Of a stretch of 64,000 nucleotides of DNA, positions 1 through 10,448 are shown piece by piece. Under the pieces are notes generated by a model that was not told where the DNA came from, made no database searches, and saw only the letters and a program-made list of their open reading frames with translations. Location: the sequence record NC_054921.1; one strand, written 5' to 3'. The stretch is from Escherichia phage vB_EcoM_IME537. Positions within the stretch are counted from its first letter, which is position 1, and each line of letters starts with the position of its first letter. The position numbers and the translations under genes are program-made.

Positions 1-2579
1 GATTAGACGCTTATCTTTGGTCATTTACTTGGAGCGGCGGAATTAAATCAAGTCACTCAATTTCCATCGGTTTAACACCCGGATCTAAGGATTACTCAAT
101 ATTAGGACCGTCTAGTATCGCTTTAGGAGATAATGATACTGGATTTAAATGGCATCAGGACGGATATTATTTCAGCGTTAATAATGGAACAAAAACGTTT
201 TTATTTAGTCCTAGCGAAACAACTAGCCTAAGAAAATTTGTAGTTGGATATTCTACTAACGGAACCGATTTAACGACTCCTCCAACTGAAAACTACGCTC
301 TTGCTACTGTCGTGACATATCACGATAATAACGCGGTTGGAGATGGTCAAACTCTTTTAGGATATTACCAAGGCGGTAATTATCATCACTATTTCCGTGG
401 TAAAGGTACTACAAACATTAATACTCACGGCGGTTTGTTAGTCACTCCTGGTAATATTGACGTTATTGGTGGTTCTGTTAATATTGATGGTCGTAATAAT
501 TCTTCTACGCTGATGTTTAGAGGTAACACAACTGGTAGCAGTTCAGTTGATAATATGACAATTTCTGTATGGGGTAATACCTTTATTAATCCTAGTGAAG
601 GCACCCGTAAAAATGTCATGGAAATTTCTGACGCAACTAGTTGGATGAGCTATATTCAACGAACAACTGCAGGTAAAGTCGAATCGGTTATAAATGGCAC
701 CCAGATTGTTAATGAAAACTTGACAGTAGTAAAAAATGCTACATTTGACGGTACAATCAGCGCAGCCGGTGAAATCGCGACAAATGCTGTAAATGGTCTT
801 CGCATTTGGAATGCAGATTATGGAGCCATTTTTAGACGTTCAGAAGGCAGTCTTCATATTATTCCTACAGCATTTGGCGAAGGACAGAATGGTGATATCG
901 GCCCACTTCGTCCATTTAGTATATCTTTAGATACAGGTAAGGTTGTTATTCCTGACTTGGATTTGAGTTATGCTTCTTTTGCAGCAAACGGCTATATTAA
1001 ATTCGGTGGACATGGTGCAGGTGCAGGCGGTTACGATATTCAATATGCACAAGCAGCTCCTGTTTTCCAAGAAATTGATGATGACGCGGTAAGTAAATAT
1101 TATCCTATTGTTAAGCAGAAATTCTTACAAGGAAAAGCTGTTTGGTCTTTAGGTACTGAAATTAATTCCGGGACTTTTGTTTTGCATCATTACAAAGAAG
1201 ACGGGACCCAAGGTCATACATCAAGATTTAATGCTGATGGTACAGTTAATTTCCCTGATAACGTGCAGGTTGGCGGCGGTGAAGCTACTATTGCTCGCAA
1301 TGGTAATATCTTCTCTGATATTTGGAAACCGTTTACTTCTGCTGGTGATACTACAAATATTCGTGATGCTATTGCCTCCCGTGTGTCTAAAGAAGGCGAC
1401 ACGATGACCGGTAGGTTGACTTTATCTGCTGGAAATGATGCCCTTGTTTTAACTGCAGGCGTGGGCGCTTCATCGCACATCCGTAGTGATGTAGGTGGTA
1501 CAAATAATTGGTATATAGGCAAAGGCGGCGGCGATAATGGTCTAGGTTTTTACAGTTACATTACACAAGGCGGTGTATACATAACAAATAACGGCGAAAT
1601 ATCGCTTTCTCCTCAAGGTCAAGGAACATTTAATTTTAATAGAGACCGCCTTCATATAAACGGTACACAATGGGTTGCGCATCAATCTGGCGCCTGGGGC
1701 GACCAATGGGGTTTAGAAGCTCCTATATTTGTAGATTTTGGATCCGTCAGCAATGACTGCTATTATCCTATTATTAAAGGAAAATCTGGTATTACTAACG
1801 AAGGATATTTTTCCGGCGTAGATTTTGGTATGCGACGCATTACTAATACCTGGGCGCAAGGTATTATTCGTGTAGGTAACCAGGAAAATGGCCATGACCC
1901 ACAAGCTATCTATGAATTCCACCACAATGGAGTTATGTATGTTCCTAACATGGTTAAAACTGAAAGATTATCAGCTGGCGGTGGTGACCCTGTATGGGGC
2001 GGCGCGTGTCTTGCTATTGGTGATAATGATACAGGATTAGTTCATGGTGGTGATGGTCGTATTAACATGTTTGCCGATGGTGTTCATATTGCGTCATGGG
2101 GGTCTCAACGTCTGGCACATGAGGGGTTATGGGATTCATACGGTGCTTTTTGGACAGAAGTCGGTAAAGCAATTGTTTCTCATGGGCATCTCGTTCAGGC
2201 AAATGATAGCTATTCAACGTTTGTCCGTGATGTTTATGTCCGTTCTGATATTCGCGTTAAAAAAGACCTCGTTAAATTTGAAAATGCTTCTCAGAAGCTT
2301 TCTAAAATTAACGGTTACACTTATATGCAGAAGCGAGGCCTAGATGAAGAAGGCAATCAGAAATGGGAACCTAACGCCGGTTTAATTGCTCAAGAAGTTC
2401 AAGCTATTTTACCAGAATTAGTTGAAGGTGACCCTGATGGCGAAGCTTTACTTCGTTTGAACTATAACGGTGTAATTGGTTTAAATACAGCTGCAATCAA
2501 TGAGCATACTGCAGAAATTGCAGAACTTAAATCAGAAATCGAAGAACTTAAAGCATTAGTTAAATCGTTGTTAAAATAA
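1..2579 (+). CDS. 37: Long tail fiber distal subunit gp37, 5'-truncated at window edge; C-terminal region resembles an intramolecular chaperone domain
   Basis: Reading frame is open with no stop from nt 3 to 2579, so the gene starts upstream of the window. Gly/Asn-rich fibrous repeats; C-terminus (..[31 protein letters not shown]..) resembles autoproteolytic tail-fiber chaperone domains. Sits upstream of gp38 and t as in T-even phages. Confidence 0.8.
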   Translation, partial: LDAYLWSFTWSGGIKSSHSISIGLTPGSKDYSILGPSSIALGDNDTGFKWHQDGYYFSVNNGTKTFLFSPSETTSLRKFVVGYSTNGTDLTTPPTENYALATVVTYHDNNAVGDGQTLLGYYQGGNYHHYFRGKGTTNINTHGGLLVTPGNIDVIGGSVNIDGRNNSSTLMFRGNTTGSSSVDNMTISVWGNTFINPSEGTRKNVMEISDATSWMSYIQRTTAGKVESVINGTQIVNENLTVVKNATFDGTISAAGEIATNAVNGLRIWNADYGAIFRRSEGSLHIIPTAFGEGQNGDIGPLRPFSISLDTGKVVIPDLDLSYASFAANGYIKFGGHGAGAGGYDIQYAQAAPVFQEIDDDAVSKYYPIVKQKFLQGKAVWSLGTEINSGTFVLHHYKEDGTQGHTSRFNADGTVNFPDNVQVGGGEATIARNGNIFSDIWKPFTSAGDTTNIRDAIASRVSKEGDTMTGRLTLSAGNDALVLTAGVGASSHIRSDVGGTNNWYIGKGGGDNGLGFYSYITQGGVYITNNGEISLSPQGQGTFNFNRDRLHINGTQWVAHQSGAWGDQWGLEAPIFVDFGSVSNDCYYPIIKGKSGITNEGYFSGVDFGMRRITNTWAQGIIRVGNQENGHDPQAIYEFHHNGVMYVPNMVKTERLSAGGGDPVWGGACLAIGDNDTGLVHGGDGRINMFADGVHIASWGSQRLAHEGLWDSYGAFWTEVGKAIVSHGHLVQANDSYSTFVRDVYVRSDIRVKKDLVKFENASQKLSKINGYTYMQKRGLDEEGNQKWEPNAGLIAQEVQAILPELVEGDPDGEALLRLNYNGVIGLNTAAINEHTAEIAELKSEIEELKALVKSLLK

Positions 2580-2584
2580 TAAGA

Positions 2585-2598
2585 GGGGCTTCGGCCCC
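2585..2598 (+). other. Intercistronic GC hairpin GGGGC-TTCG-GCCCC between genes 37 and 38
   Basis: Perfect inverted repeat with UUCG tetraloop directly after the gp37 stop; followed by GGAGG RBS, not a U-tract, so more likely an RNA stability/processing hairpin than a terminator. Confidence 0.5.
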
Positions 2599-2610
2599 TT
2601 GGAGGTTTAT

Positions 2611-3387
2611 ATGGCAGTAACAGGACCGTGGGTAGGATCGTCTGCAGTAGTTAATACAGGACAAAATTGGATGGGTGGCGCGGCCCAACGATTAAGAATG
2701 GGCATTCCGTTCTGGATGAGTAATATGATAGGTCGATCTGTTGAAATAATTCACACGCTTGGAGCAGACCATAACTTCAATGGCCAATGGTTCCGAGATA
2801 GATGTTTTGAGGCAGGTAGTGCACCTATAGTGTTTAATATCACTGGAGATTTAGTATCATATTCTAAAGATGTTCCTTTATTCTTCATGTACGGAGATAC
2901 ACCGAATGAATATGTTCAACTGAATATACATGGTGTAACGATGTATGGCCGTGGCGGTAATGGCGGTAGCAATAGTCCTGGCTCAGCTGGGGGTCATTGT
3001 ATTCAAAATGATATTGGTGGGAGACTAAGAATTAATAATGGCGGAGCTATTGCTGGCGGCGGTGGCGGTGGCGGTGGCGGATATTATTCTCCTTTTTCAC
3101 AAATGAGATTGACCTTTGGCGGTGGTGGCGGTCGTCCGTTTGGCGCGCCGGGCGGATCTATTGATATGCAATCAGGAGCAACTGCTGGTACTATTTCTGC
3201 GCCTGGCGCAGGGTCTGTGAACGGTATCTATAGCGGCGGGTCTGGCGGTGAAGTTGGCTCCGCAGGAGGTAGATGCAATATTCGTGGTCAAGGATATGAA
3301 TACGATGGAGGAGCTGCTGGTTATGCTGTTATAGGGTCTGCTCCAACGTGGATAAATGTTGGAGCAATATATGGTCCAAGGGTATAA
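2611..3387 (+). CDS. 38: Tail fiber adhesin gp38 (T2-type, glycine-rich motifs)
   Basis: About 258 aa with several poly-Gly islands ([25 protein letters not shown]) separating short variable segments, typical of T2-like gp38 adhesins. The ORF track start at 2599 is a TTG; the ATG at 2611 has a GGAGG RBS. Confidence 0.75.
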   Translation: MAVTGPWVGSSAVVNTGQNWMGGAAQRLRMGIPFWMSNMIGRSVEIIHTLGADHNFNGQWFRDRCFEAGSAPIVFNITGDLVSYSKDVPLFFMYGDTPNEYVQLNIHGVTMYGRGGNGGSNSPGSAGGHCIQNDIGGRLRINNGGAIAGGGGGGGGGYYSPFSQMRLTFGGGGGRPFGAPGGSIDMQSGATAGTISAPGAGSVNGIYSGGSGGEVGSAGGRCNIRGQGYEYDGGAAGYAVIGSAPTWINVGAIYGPRV

Positions 3388-3418
3388 TTTTGAATAAATA
3401 TCCTTAAAAGGAGGGTCT

Positions 3419-4075
3419 ATGGCAGCACCTAGAATATCATTTTCGCCCTCTGATATTCTGTTGGGTGTTCTAGATCGCTTGTTCAAAGATAACGCTACCG
3501 GGAAAGTTCTTGCTTCCCGGGTAGCTGTCGTAATTCTTTTGTTTATAATGGCGATTGTTTGGTATAGGGGAGATAGTTTCTTTGAGTACTATAAGCAATC
3601 AAAGTATGAAACATACAGTGAAATTATTGAAAAGGAAAGAAATGCACGCTTTGAATCTGTCGCCCTGGAACAACTCCAGATAGTTCATATATCATCTGAG
3701 GCAGACTTTAGTGCGGTGTATTCTTTCCGCCCTAAAAACTTAAACTATTTTGTTGATATTATAGCATATGAAGGAAAATTACCTTCAACAATAAGTGAAA
3801 AATCACTTGGAGGATATCCTGTTGATAAAACTATGGATGAATATGCAGTTCATTTAAATGGACGTCATTATTATTCCAACTCAAAATTTGCTTTTTTACC
3901 GACTAAAAAGCCTACTCCCGAAATAAATTACATGTACAGTTGTCCATATTTCAATTTGGATAATATCTATGCTGGAACAATAACCATGTACTGGTATAGA
4001 AATGATCATATAAGTAATGACCGCCTTGAATCAATATGTGCTCAGGCGGCCAGAATATTAGGAAGGGCTAAATAA
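3419..4075 (+). CDS. t: Holin t
   Basis: 218 aa; N-terminus MAAPRISFSPSDIL.. with a single TM segment (VAVVILLFIMAIVWY) and a large C-terminal domain; matches T4 holin T from memory; strong AAGGAGGG RBS. Confidence 0.9.
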   Translation: MAAPRISFSPSDILLGVLDRLFKDNATGKVLASRVAVVILLFIMAIVWYRGDSFFEYYKQSKYETYSEIIEKERNARFESVALEQLQIVHISSEADFSAVYSFRPKNLNYFVDIIAYEGKLPSTISEKSLGGYPVDKTMDEYAVHLNGRHYYSNSKFAFLPTKKPTPEINYMYSCPYFNLDNIYAGTITMYWYRNDHISNDRLESICAQAARILGRAK

Positions 4076-4348
4076 TTATTTGTTTGTATACATCTCTAGA
4101 TATCGATATACACCCTCAAAACCCTCGTTGAATTCGTCGATGAGGGTTTTCTTATCTTCTTGAGTTAATTCAGAAACAATTTTACGGAATGAATTCTGAT
4201 TTAACTTTCTACCTTCATGCGTTACTCCAATCTCATTCAGAAATGCAATAAAATTAGTGCGATTCTCAACAATATCTTCTCTGGAAAATTTAATCAAAAT
4301 AGACGCAACAGTAATAATTTCACGAACTGTATCAATGTTTTTATTCAT
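4076..4348 (-). CDS. asiA: Anti-sigma70 factor AsiA
   Basis: 90 aa, MNKNIDTVREIITVASILIKF.. matches T4 AsiA from memory; position convergent with t. Confidence 0.9.
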   Translation of the reverse strand: MNKNIDTVREIITVASILIKFSREDIVENRTNFIAFLNEIGVTHEGRKLNQNSFRKIVSELTQEDKKTLIDEFNEGFEGVYRYLEMYTNK

Positions 4349-4360
4349 TAACTATACCAC

Positions 4361-4513
4361 TCAATTAGTTGACTTTATTATAATATCATCAGACACTTGA
4401 TTTGTAAACCGGTCTGTGTTATTTTCTTCAAAAATTTTTTCTACGAATTCCTTGAACGACTCGCGTTCCTGAGCTACATTATGCTCGATTACCTTTTCAA
4501 GATTATGACTCAT
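4361..4513 (-). CDS. Small hypothetical protein (~50 aa) upstream of asiA
   Basis: Short ORF missed by the 60-aa track cutoff; its ATG overlaps the arn stop (ATGA); hand translation. Confidence 0.35.
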   Translation of the reverse strand: MSHNLEKVIEHNVAQERESFKEFVEKIFEENNTDRFTNQVSDDIIIKSTN

Positions 4514-4788
4514 TCGAAATAATCTTCAATTTCGTAATCATGGACGTAAAACATTATAGTTTTTAATACATCATCAATACTTTTTCCTGGAGCTGGAATT
4601 ACGTAGAAATATCCCGCCTTTGAGTTATCTTTATAAGTTCCAACCAAAAAATCATTATTTTCAAGATGTAGTTCTTCAACTAATTCATTAACAATTGAGT
4701 GGTATAAATTTGGTAGAAACTTATATAGCTTTTCTAAAATATCAATTTTGATTGTATATTGAACCACAGATTGAGAATCAATAATCAT
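4510..4788 (-). CDS. arn: Arn-like acidic protein (putative anti-restriction DNA mimic)
   Basis: 92 aa, acidic, at the position and size of T4 arn between asiA and motA. Confidence 0.55.
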   Translation of the reverse strand: MIIDSQSVVQYTIKIDILEKLYKFLPNLYHSIVNELVEELHLENNDFLVGTYKDNSKAGYFYVIPAPGKSIDDVLKTIMFYVHDYEIEDYFE

Positions 4789-4871
4789 AGACCTTCCCCT
4801 TATGTTTCTGTTTGCGATTAGATTCTTTAAACGCTTTCTTCTTATCCTTATGGACAGAAGCTCTATTAAAA

Positions 4872-5090
4872 TTATGTTTTGCGACTAAATTGTTCATAGT
4901 GCTGAATTACCTCTTTTAAACATTTGCATGTGAATGAAAACTTTTTAGCTACACCACATTCAAATATATGTTCTCTTAAATCACGTGTATCAGTATATCC
5001 CATCTCAACAATAAAATGCCGTATTAGATTTTTATCTTTATCATTGAGAGAATTAAAATAATCGGATTTTGAATTAATTTCCCTGGCCAA
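4872..5090 (-). CDS. Hypothetical protein (arn.1-like position)
   Basis: 72 aa ORF in the arn-motA block. Confidence 0.45.
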   Translation of the reverse strand: MAREINSKSDYFNSLNDKDKNLIRHFIVEMGYTDTRDLREHIFECGVAKKFSFTCKCLKEVIQHYEQFSRKT

Positions 5091-5370
5091 ATTGAATCAC
5101 CTTCAGTTGACGTTTTAGTTCTTTTATCATTTCTTCGTTCATCGCAATATAAAGATCGCGTAAAGCGGGTTTTAGCATTCCATTTACTGGAGAACTAAAT
5201 GGACATACATAATCTTTTCCTACGAGCTTTTTAGTGAATTCCATGTCACAAAACTGAAATGCAGGTTCATTGGCATAAATTCCCCAATTAGTTGACATCA
5301 TTTTATTGGCATATTCCAATGCCTGGATTTGATTAGTAATTCCATCAATTTGAAACTTTTTAATATTCAT
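5074..5370 (-). CDS. Hypothetical protein (arn.2-like position)
   Basis: 98 aa ORF, overlaps neighbours by a few nt (operon-like). Confidence 0.45.
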   Translation of the reverse strand: MNIKKFQIDGITNQIQALEYANKMMSTNWGIYANEPAFQFCDMEFTKKLVGKDYVCPFSSPVNGMLKPALRDLYIAMNEEMIKELKRQLKVIQFGQGN

Positions 5371-5831
5371 TAGTAAAGGTCCTCAGAGTAAAGTTCTTTT
5401 TCACTACCACCGCGTTCAATACGTACTTGTCCAGCGTAAGTTGCAATAATCATTGCTTCTTCACGTGTCCAATAATTACTATATTGGTCAATAAACCCTT
5501 GGTCATCATCACAAACTTGCTGAGTAACTAATTGGGGTTTAACTACATCTAAAACTTCGGCCATATCTTTAGAATAATGACGAGCACCCGGAATAATAAG
5601 AGTTCGTCCATCTTTTAATTTAAAACGGTTGGCTGCGCAAACAATCCGTCGTTGGTACTTTTGGTTTTCATCCCAGTATGCAGACTGCCAACAGATTTCA
5701 GGAACTTCTTTTAAAATATCTTCTTCTGTGCATTTATAACCATGCGCTTTAAATTTTTCAGCAAGACTTTCTGGAGTTTCACGAGATAAAGGAACATTCA
5801 GCATTTTTAAACGATTAATAAATGGGTTCAT
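5370..5831 (-). CDS. Hypothetical protein (arn.3-like position)
   Basis: 153 aa ORF in the same operon-like run. Confidence 0.5.
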   Translation of the reverse strand: MNPFINRLKMLNVPLSRETPESLAEKFKAHGYKCTEEDILKEVPEICWQSAYWDENQKYQRRIVCAANRFKLKDGRTLIIPGARHYSKDMAEVLDVVKPQLVTQQVCDDDQGFIDQYSNYWTREEAMIIATYAGQVRIERGGSEKELYSEDLY

Positions 5832-6157
5832 TTAAACCATCCTTTAATACGTTGCCACAAAGTTTTCTGCTGAGCTTTGTTAACACCAATTGAGCGAATA
5901 ACTGGTTGAGATTCCTGGAATTCTTTATAATCAGCAAGGTAAATTTCGTAAGCTGCATCTGTAAATGAACTTATTGCTGCCATAAAATTATTGCGAATAC
6001 CTACTGGAGCATCTTTACTTTCACGAATAATCATGTATTTACCAGTCTTAATCTTTACAATAGTTCCAAGATAAGCTCCATGGTACCAGATATCCCACCC
6101 CTCTTGAGTGGGTTCTGCGCAACGACGAAGTTCATTGATAATTTCTAACTTGTTCAT
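5828..6157 (-). CDS. Hypothetical protein (arn.4-like position)
   Basis: 109 aa ORF, 4-nt overlap with upstream gene. Confidence 0.5.
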   Translation of the reverse strand: MNKLEIINELRRCAEPTQEGWDIWYHGAYLGTIVKIKTGKYMIIRESKDAPVGIRNNFMAAISSFTDAAYEIYLADYKEFQESQPVIRSIGVNKAQQKTLWQRIKGWFK

Positions 6158-6167
6158 TATTTATTCC

Positions 6168-6803
6168 TCACAGTTCAGATGCTACAGTAATTACAGCTTC
6201 AATGTTTTCTGCCGAGCGTTTAATGTCAAGATACACATTACCGTTTTTAGCGATTTTACATGACATTCCGATGTCAGTAAATTTCTGAATATGATGTTCC
6301 ATCATTTTGTATCCAAAAATTCGCATATTTCCATTGTTGTTAATTTCAAAATTACGAATTCCGTGAGTGCGTTTTTCTAAAATAGCGAGATAGTTACTGC
6401 GATAAGTTTCAACCTTTTTAAGAACAAATCCATTTTCATCTAAAAGTTTTAACATGAAGTCTTTATCTTCTTCCATATCAGAAGTAATCTCGCGAGCTTT
6501 ACGAGTTGCTCGTTTTTTCAGCAGTTCCGGAGCGTTTTCCTGTGCGTATAAAGTTGCTGCATTTGAAATAATATCCTGAGCTTCACCAGTAATGATTAAT
6601 CCATCACCAGATTTCTCCACCAGGCCTTTTTTAATCAACACCCCAATATTACTATTAACTACTGCATTACCTAAATCTGGATGCACCTCACGAACTTCTG
6701 CGGCTGTAATGAAATCTTTCTTAGCAATGGTAATTAAAATCGCAGCAGTTTTTTCATTCAGAACATCGTTAGAAGCTTTGATGATGTAAGTTACTTTAGA
6801 CAT
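6168..6803 (-). CDS. motA: Middle transcription activator MotA
   Basis: 211 aa, MSKVTYIIKASNDVLNEKTAAILITIAKK.. matches T4 MotA from memory. Confidence 0.9.
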   Translation of the reverse strand: MSKVTYIIKASNDVLNEKTAAILITIAKKDFITAAEVREVHPDLGNAVVNSNIGVLIKKGLVEKSGDGLIITGEAQDIISNAATLYAQENAPELLKKRATRKAREITSDMEEDKDFMLKLLDENGFVLKKVETYRSNYLAILEKRTHGIRNFEINNNGNMRIFGYKMMEHHIQKFTDIGMSCKIAKNGNVYLDIKRSAENIEAVITVASEL

Positions 6804-6892
6804 TTTCTAATCTCCGTAATTCTGCATCAGTAGTTGATAGTTGTATAGTACCACAGTATGCTTTGGAGGGAGAGCTTCGGCTCTCCCTAAAA

Positions 6893-7042
6893 TTACTGCA
6901 TGACTGTGATAACTGTCATGATAACGCGTTGAATTCCGAACGCAAGAAGACCTCCTGCTACGGCTGGAACAACACCTAAACCCGCCAGTAAAATGCCGCC
7001 AGATACTAACGCCGCGCTTGTAATACCAATGAATGGACTCAT
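6893..7042 (-). CDS. Small hydrophobic protein (49 aa, Gly/Ala/Val-rich TM)
   Basis: Hand-translated MSPFIGITSAALVSGGILLAGLGVVPAVAGGLLAFGIQRVIMTVITVMQ; start overlaps the gp52 stop (ATGA). Confidence 0.45.
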   Translation of the reverse strand: MSPFIGITSAALVSGGILLAGLGVVPAVAGGLLAFGIQRVIMTVITVMQ

Positions 7043-8367
7043 TTGATTTCCTCTAAATCTTTGGTGTATTCGGTAACTACATCAGTAGTTTTCCAATATT
7101 CGTTTTCTTCTTTTTTAGCTTTAGCTTCTTCAGCAAGTTTCTTCGCTTCATCGGAAGTCATATGAAAAATATTCATTCCAACTAGTTTATCAACATAAGA
7201 AGAATACATATCGATTTTCGAAAGTTCTTCGGTCAGTTCTTTACGAGTTTTACCTTGTACAACAATTTCACCTGAAATTACTTTCTTAATGAAATGTGCC
7301 TTGGCAAAGGCTAAACGAAAAGCTGATTCAGTTTCTTTAATTTTGTTATCAATTCGTTTTTGAACATAAGTTTTACGAACTTCAACAAAGTCTTTAATTA
7401 AATCAACTACGTTATCGTAAACTTGCAGCTTTCCTTTCTCATTAATGACTGTAATATTCTGAGAACGACGCTCAATCAATCCAAAGTCTTTCATAATTTT
7501 TGCATGGCGTTCTTCTTCGTTATCGCTCAAAGCGTATTCTTTGCGGAATTTAACTTTAAAGCCAAAACCATGCTCACCGCAAGCATCATCCCATGTAATG
7601 AAGCCCTTATCTTCAAGCGGGTCTAAGATTTTACTCACATAAGTTTCACGATCATACTTATATGGAATCTCAGTGATATTCATTTGAGTTCGTGAAGTAA
7701 ACTTATATGTTCCACGAATTTCATATTGACCGTCAATTTCAACGACTTCACCGCGAAATTCTGGGAATTCTACCTTCGGTTTAGTTACTTTCTTTCCTTG
7801 AAGAGCTTGTAGTACAGCTTTCTTGACAGAAGAAACACTATGAGGAAGAATGTAAGTTGCATAACCAGTTGCAATACCGGAAACACCATTAAGAAGAACA
7901 GTAGGAATAATAGGCAAATAGAAAGCAGGAGGAATGTGTTCTTTATCTTGATGTACCGGAGCATATTCAGTATCTTTATATACGTTATAGAAATTTTTAC
8001 TTACACGAGCAAAAATATAACGACTTGCTGCTGCTTTTTGAACGGTACGAGAACCAAAGTTTCCTTGACCATCTAACAAAGGAAAGTTATTATTCCAAGT
8101 GTTAGCCATCAAAGCCCCCGCATCTTGTGCGGAGTTTTCACCATGATGATATCCAAGGTCAGCTACACCACCTGCAATAGAAGCGAGTTTGTGAAACTTA
8201 TCTTTATTTCCTCGCGCCAAATCAAGAGCTCGAGCAATAACAAATCGTTGAACTGGCTTAAATCCATCAATCATATTTGGAATAGCACGATTTTCAACCG
8301 TGTACATAGCATAAGCCAATGCTTCATTATCAATGATACTTTTTAAATCGCGATTATTCAGTTGCAT
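7039..8367 (-). CDS. 52: DNA topoisomerase II medium subunit gp52 (GyrA-like)
   Basis: 442 aa, type IIA topoisomerase A-subunit N-terminus (..GFKPVQRFVIARALDLA.., ..RYIFARV..); same size as T4 gp52. Confidence 0.9.
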   Translation of the reverse strand: MQLNNRDLKSIIDNEALAYAMYTVENRAIPNMIDGFKPVQRFVIARALDLARGNKDKFHKLASIAGGVADLGYHHGENSAQDAGALMANTWNNNFPLLDGQGNFGSRTVQKAAASRYIFARVSKNFYNVYKDTEYAPVHQDKEHIPPAFYLPIIPTVLLNGVSGIATGYATYILPHSVSSVKKAVLQALQGKKVTKPKVEFPEFRGEVVEIDGQYEIRGTYKFTSRTQMNITEIPYKYDRETYVSKILDPLEDKGFITWDDACGEHGFGFKVKFRKEYALSDNEEERHAKIMKDFGLIERRSQNITVINEKGKLQVYDNVVDLIKDFVEVRKTYVQKRIDNKIKETESAFRLAFAKAHFIKKVISGEIVVQGKTRKELTEELSKIDMYSSYVDKLVGMNIFHMTSDEAKKLAEEAKAKKEENEYWKTTDVVTEYTKDLEEIK

Positions 8368-8371
8368 AAAT

Positions 8372-8512
8372 TTACCATACTAGTGAATGTAGTGCCATAA
8401 TAACATCAGAAATGAAAAGCACGACTTGAATTAATCCGAACATTACTCCATAATATAGTGCTACCAGTAAAGCAGCAAGGGCTACTGAGTAGCCCAAGAT
8501 TTTCTTAATCAT
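8372..8512 (-). CDS. Small membrane protein (46 aa)
   Basis: Hand-translated MIKKILGYSVALAALLVALYYGVMFGLIQVVLFISDVIMALHSLVW; overlaps the next ORF. Confidence 0.4.
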   Translation of the reverse strand: MIKKILGYSVALAALLVALYYGVMFGLIQVVLFISDVIMALHSLVW

Positions 8513-8660
8513 TAGATAACAACGCAAATGTTAAACATGCACACATACCCTGAGCTAAAGCTTGCGAAAACACGCTGCTGACATCAATACAGATAGTTAA
8601 AACACATGCTACTATCCAACAAATAAATGAAATAACTCCTAATAATTTTGCAATATTCAT
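8505..8660 (-). CDS. ac: Small Cys-rich membrane protein, ac-like (51 aa)
   Basis: Hand-translated MNIAKLLGVISFICWIVACVLTICIDVSSVFSQALAQGMCACLTFALLSND; size and position match T4 ac (51 aa). Gene symbol tentative. Confidence 0.45.
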   Translation of the reverse strand: MNIAKLLGVISFICWIVACVLTICIDVSSVFSQALAQGMCACLTFALLSND

Positions 8661-8667
8661 ATTTTCC

Positions 8668-8748
8668 TCACTGGCGTCCGAAGACGCCTTTAGTTTTAAG
8701 ATTGTTACGATAGAACTGCATTACGTGTTCGTTATGGAAATTACTCAT
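8668..8748 (-). CDS. stp: Stp peptide (26 aa)
   Basis: Hand-translated [26 protein letters not shown], matching T4 Stp as recalled; start overlaps ndd stop (TAATG). Confidence 0.8.
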
Positions 8749-9203
8749 TAATATGCCTGCAAAACAAATTTAAAGTTATCAGCCAACATACGGTTCATTT
8801 CTTCAAGTGTTTGATACTCAGAATGATGATTACGAGTAAACGCCAAAGCTAACTGACCTTTTCCAAATCCTGTCGTCAAAGGTTTCATCTTAGAAGCAGG
8901 AAGATAAAATACTGTGTATGGAACATTGTTATTTGCAATAGTACGCGCAAGCTGAGACCGACGCTGACGAATATGACTTAGAACTGCACTGAATCCTTGC
9001 TTAGAACGCTGATTACCTACATAAAATCGTGCAGATACACACGGACTATCAAATGGACCACCAAATTTGCTCACTAAAAAGTAAAATCCAGGGTTAGACA
9101 AAATGTCTTTATGCGGAGTTCCAAAAACCCATTCACCACCCTTGATTGTACCAATAACAGTTGCGCCTGCGTTGTTCAGATCAGTAACAGTCATGTATTT
9201 CAT
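8748..9203 (-). CDS. ndd: Nucleoid disruption protein Ndd
   Basis: 151 aa, same size and position as T4 ndd. Confidence 0.7.
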
Positions 9204-9263
9204 ATTAATTTCCTCTAATTATTTTCTACTCCATGGCCGCATGAATACACACGGCCTGTTAAA

Positions 9264-9479
9264 TTAATCGTCGCAGTCGACGCTCAATTCCCAAAACTCT
9301 TCTACAGTATAAGTTTCAGTATCATTTTCAATACAGAAACGTTCATTACTGTTATTTGCTAAAGTAGCGTTAACTGTCATTTTCTCGCTAGTGCTCTTAA
9401 GAGGTGAAATACGAATTAACTGATCACCACTATCTAAACAGAAAATTTCACCAACTTTTACATCTTTAAAAATTTTCAT
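9264..9479 (-). CDS. Hypothetical protein
   Basis: 71 aa ORF, ndd-denB block. Confidence 0.45.
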   Translation of the reverse strand: MKIFKDVKVGEIFCLDSGDQLIRISPLKSTSEKMTVNATLANNSNERFCIENDTETYTVEEFWELSVDCDD

Positions 9480-9594
9480 AATTCACCTCAGGGAGTATAA
9501 AATCCGAATGCAGTTGTTGACCATCCCATCCAATATGGGAAATTTGCGCCAATGTAAAACATGAGAATATAAAACCAACCGCTCAGCAAATTCA

Positions 9595-9813
9595 TCATTT
9601 TACGCCATTCCAAATTGTTTCAACCACGGATTTTAAACCATTTTGATGAATATCAATTCCGACTACTGTCATCAAATAGATTCCAACTACAACTGAACCT
9701 AAGGCAAAAATCAGCATGAAAATGAATAAAGCCGGAAAAATATTATCGAAAAACCATTCAATAAATGTAAAAGCACTGCGTTTACGCTTCATATTTTCCT
9801 CACATAAATCCAA
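9595..9813 (-). CDS. Hypothetical membrane protein
   Basis: 72 aa with one strong TM segment (IFPALFIFMLIFALGSVVVGIYLMTVV). Confidence 0.5.
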   Translation of the reverse strand: MDLCEENMKRKRSAFTFIEWFFDNIFPALFIFMLIFALGSVVVGIYLMTVVGIDIHQNGLKSVVETIWNGVK

Positions 9814-9941
9814 AGTAAGCGTTTAATACATCAATCATTAAAACGATTGGGAATATACTCAAAACTATTAGTATTATAACTACATTCCATATAGCTTTAA
9901 CAATCTTTTTCATTTTCTGTTCCTCCGTAGTTGATAGGGTA

Positions 9942-9971
9942 ATAGTACCACGGAAGAACAGTCTTGTAAAC
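9942..9971 (-). promoter_or_regulatory. T4-type early promoter (TTTACA -35, TGG-TACTAT -10)
   Basis: - strand reads GTTTACA, 17-nt spacer, GTGGTACTAT, then the conserved leader CTATCAACTACGGAGGA. Confidence 0.6.
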
Positions 9972-10157
9972 AACTTTTTTTAAAAATATTCGTAATAAAT
10001 GTGAATACCAACTACTACCGCTGAAACCTGTGCAACCCACCACGCACAAGCAATAAGTACAGAATTCAAAATTTTCATAATAACCTCATCACAAAAGTAA
10101 ATGTTAAACAAATTACTGGAATACTAATTAACCAAACAAAACACCACCACAGTGAAC

Positions 10158-10421
10158 TCATAGTTCAATCTCAACGATTTCCAGGTGTTTTTGTTTTATT
10201 GCCTTTTTAACACAATCATGGACTAAATATGACCATGAATCATTATATTCTCCATTAACTAATCGTTGGAGATCTTCACGTGATGATAAGTAAGGTTGAT
10301 CTGATTCCCATTTTGATAAAAATACTGCAGTAAAAATATCTCCTTCACCTGTAGTTGAAGTCGTAAATGCAATAAATTCACCGGTAATTTTATGTTTAGC
10401 GTAATAAAATTTAAATTTCAT
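10158..10421 (-). CDS. Hypothetical protein
   Basis: Track ORF extends to 10514, but the Met with a GGAGGAG RBS directly downstream of the promoter is at about 10421 (MKFKFYYAKHK..). Confidence 0.5.
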   Translation of the reverse strand: MKFKFYYAKHKITGEFIAFTTSTTGEGDIFTAVFLSKWESDQPYLSSREDLQRLVNGEYNDSWSYLVHDCVKKAIKQKHLEIVEIEL

Positions 10422-10448
10422 TTTTACTCCTCCGTAGCTGATAGTTGT

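Noticed and set aside
425-2343. Several track ORFs on the - strand or in alternate + frames inside gene 37 (425-619, 1177-1407, 1214-1522, 1713-1925, 2044-2343)
   Set aside because: They lie wholly inside the long, motif-rich gp37 reading frame, have low-complexity composition and no RBS; taken as antisense or out-of-frame artifacts.
3040-3085. GGCGGTGGC-type repeat as a possible CRISPR or VNTR locus
   Set aside because: It is in-frame coding sequence for the poly-Gly motif of gp38, with no spacer-repeat periodicity.
3381-3395. Late promoter (TATAAATA-like) upstream of holin t
   Set aside because: Only AATAAATA (7 of 8) and very close to the RBS; not enough to call without transcript mapping.
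6841-6870. Canonical early promoter for motA
   Set aside because: The TGG-TACTAT -10 and conserved leader are present, but no TTTACA-like -35 at 17 nt; a GC hairpin occupies that position. Left as uncertain rather than annotated.
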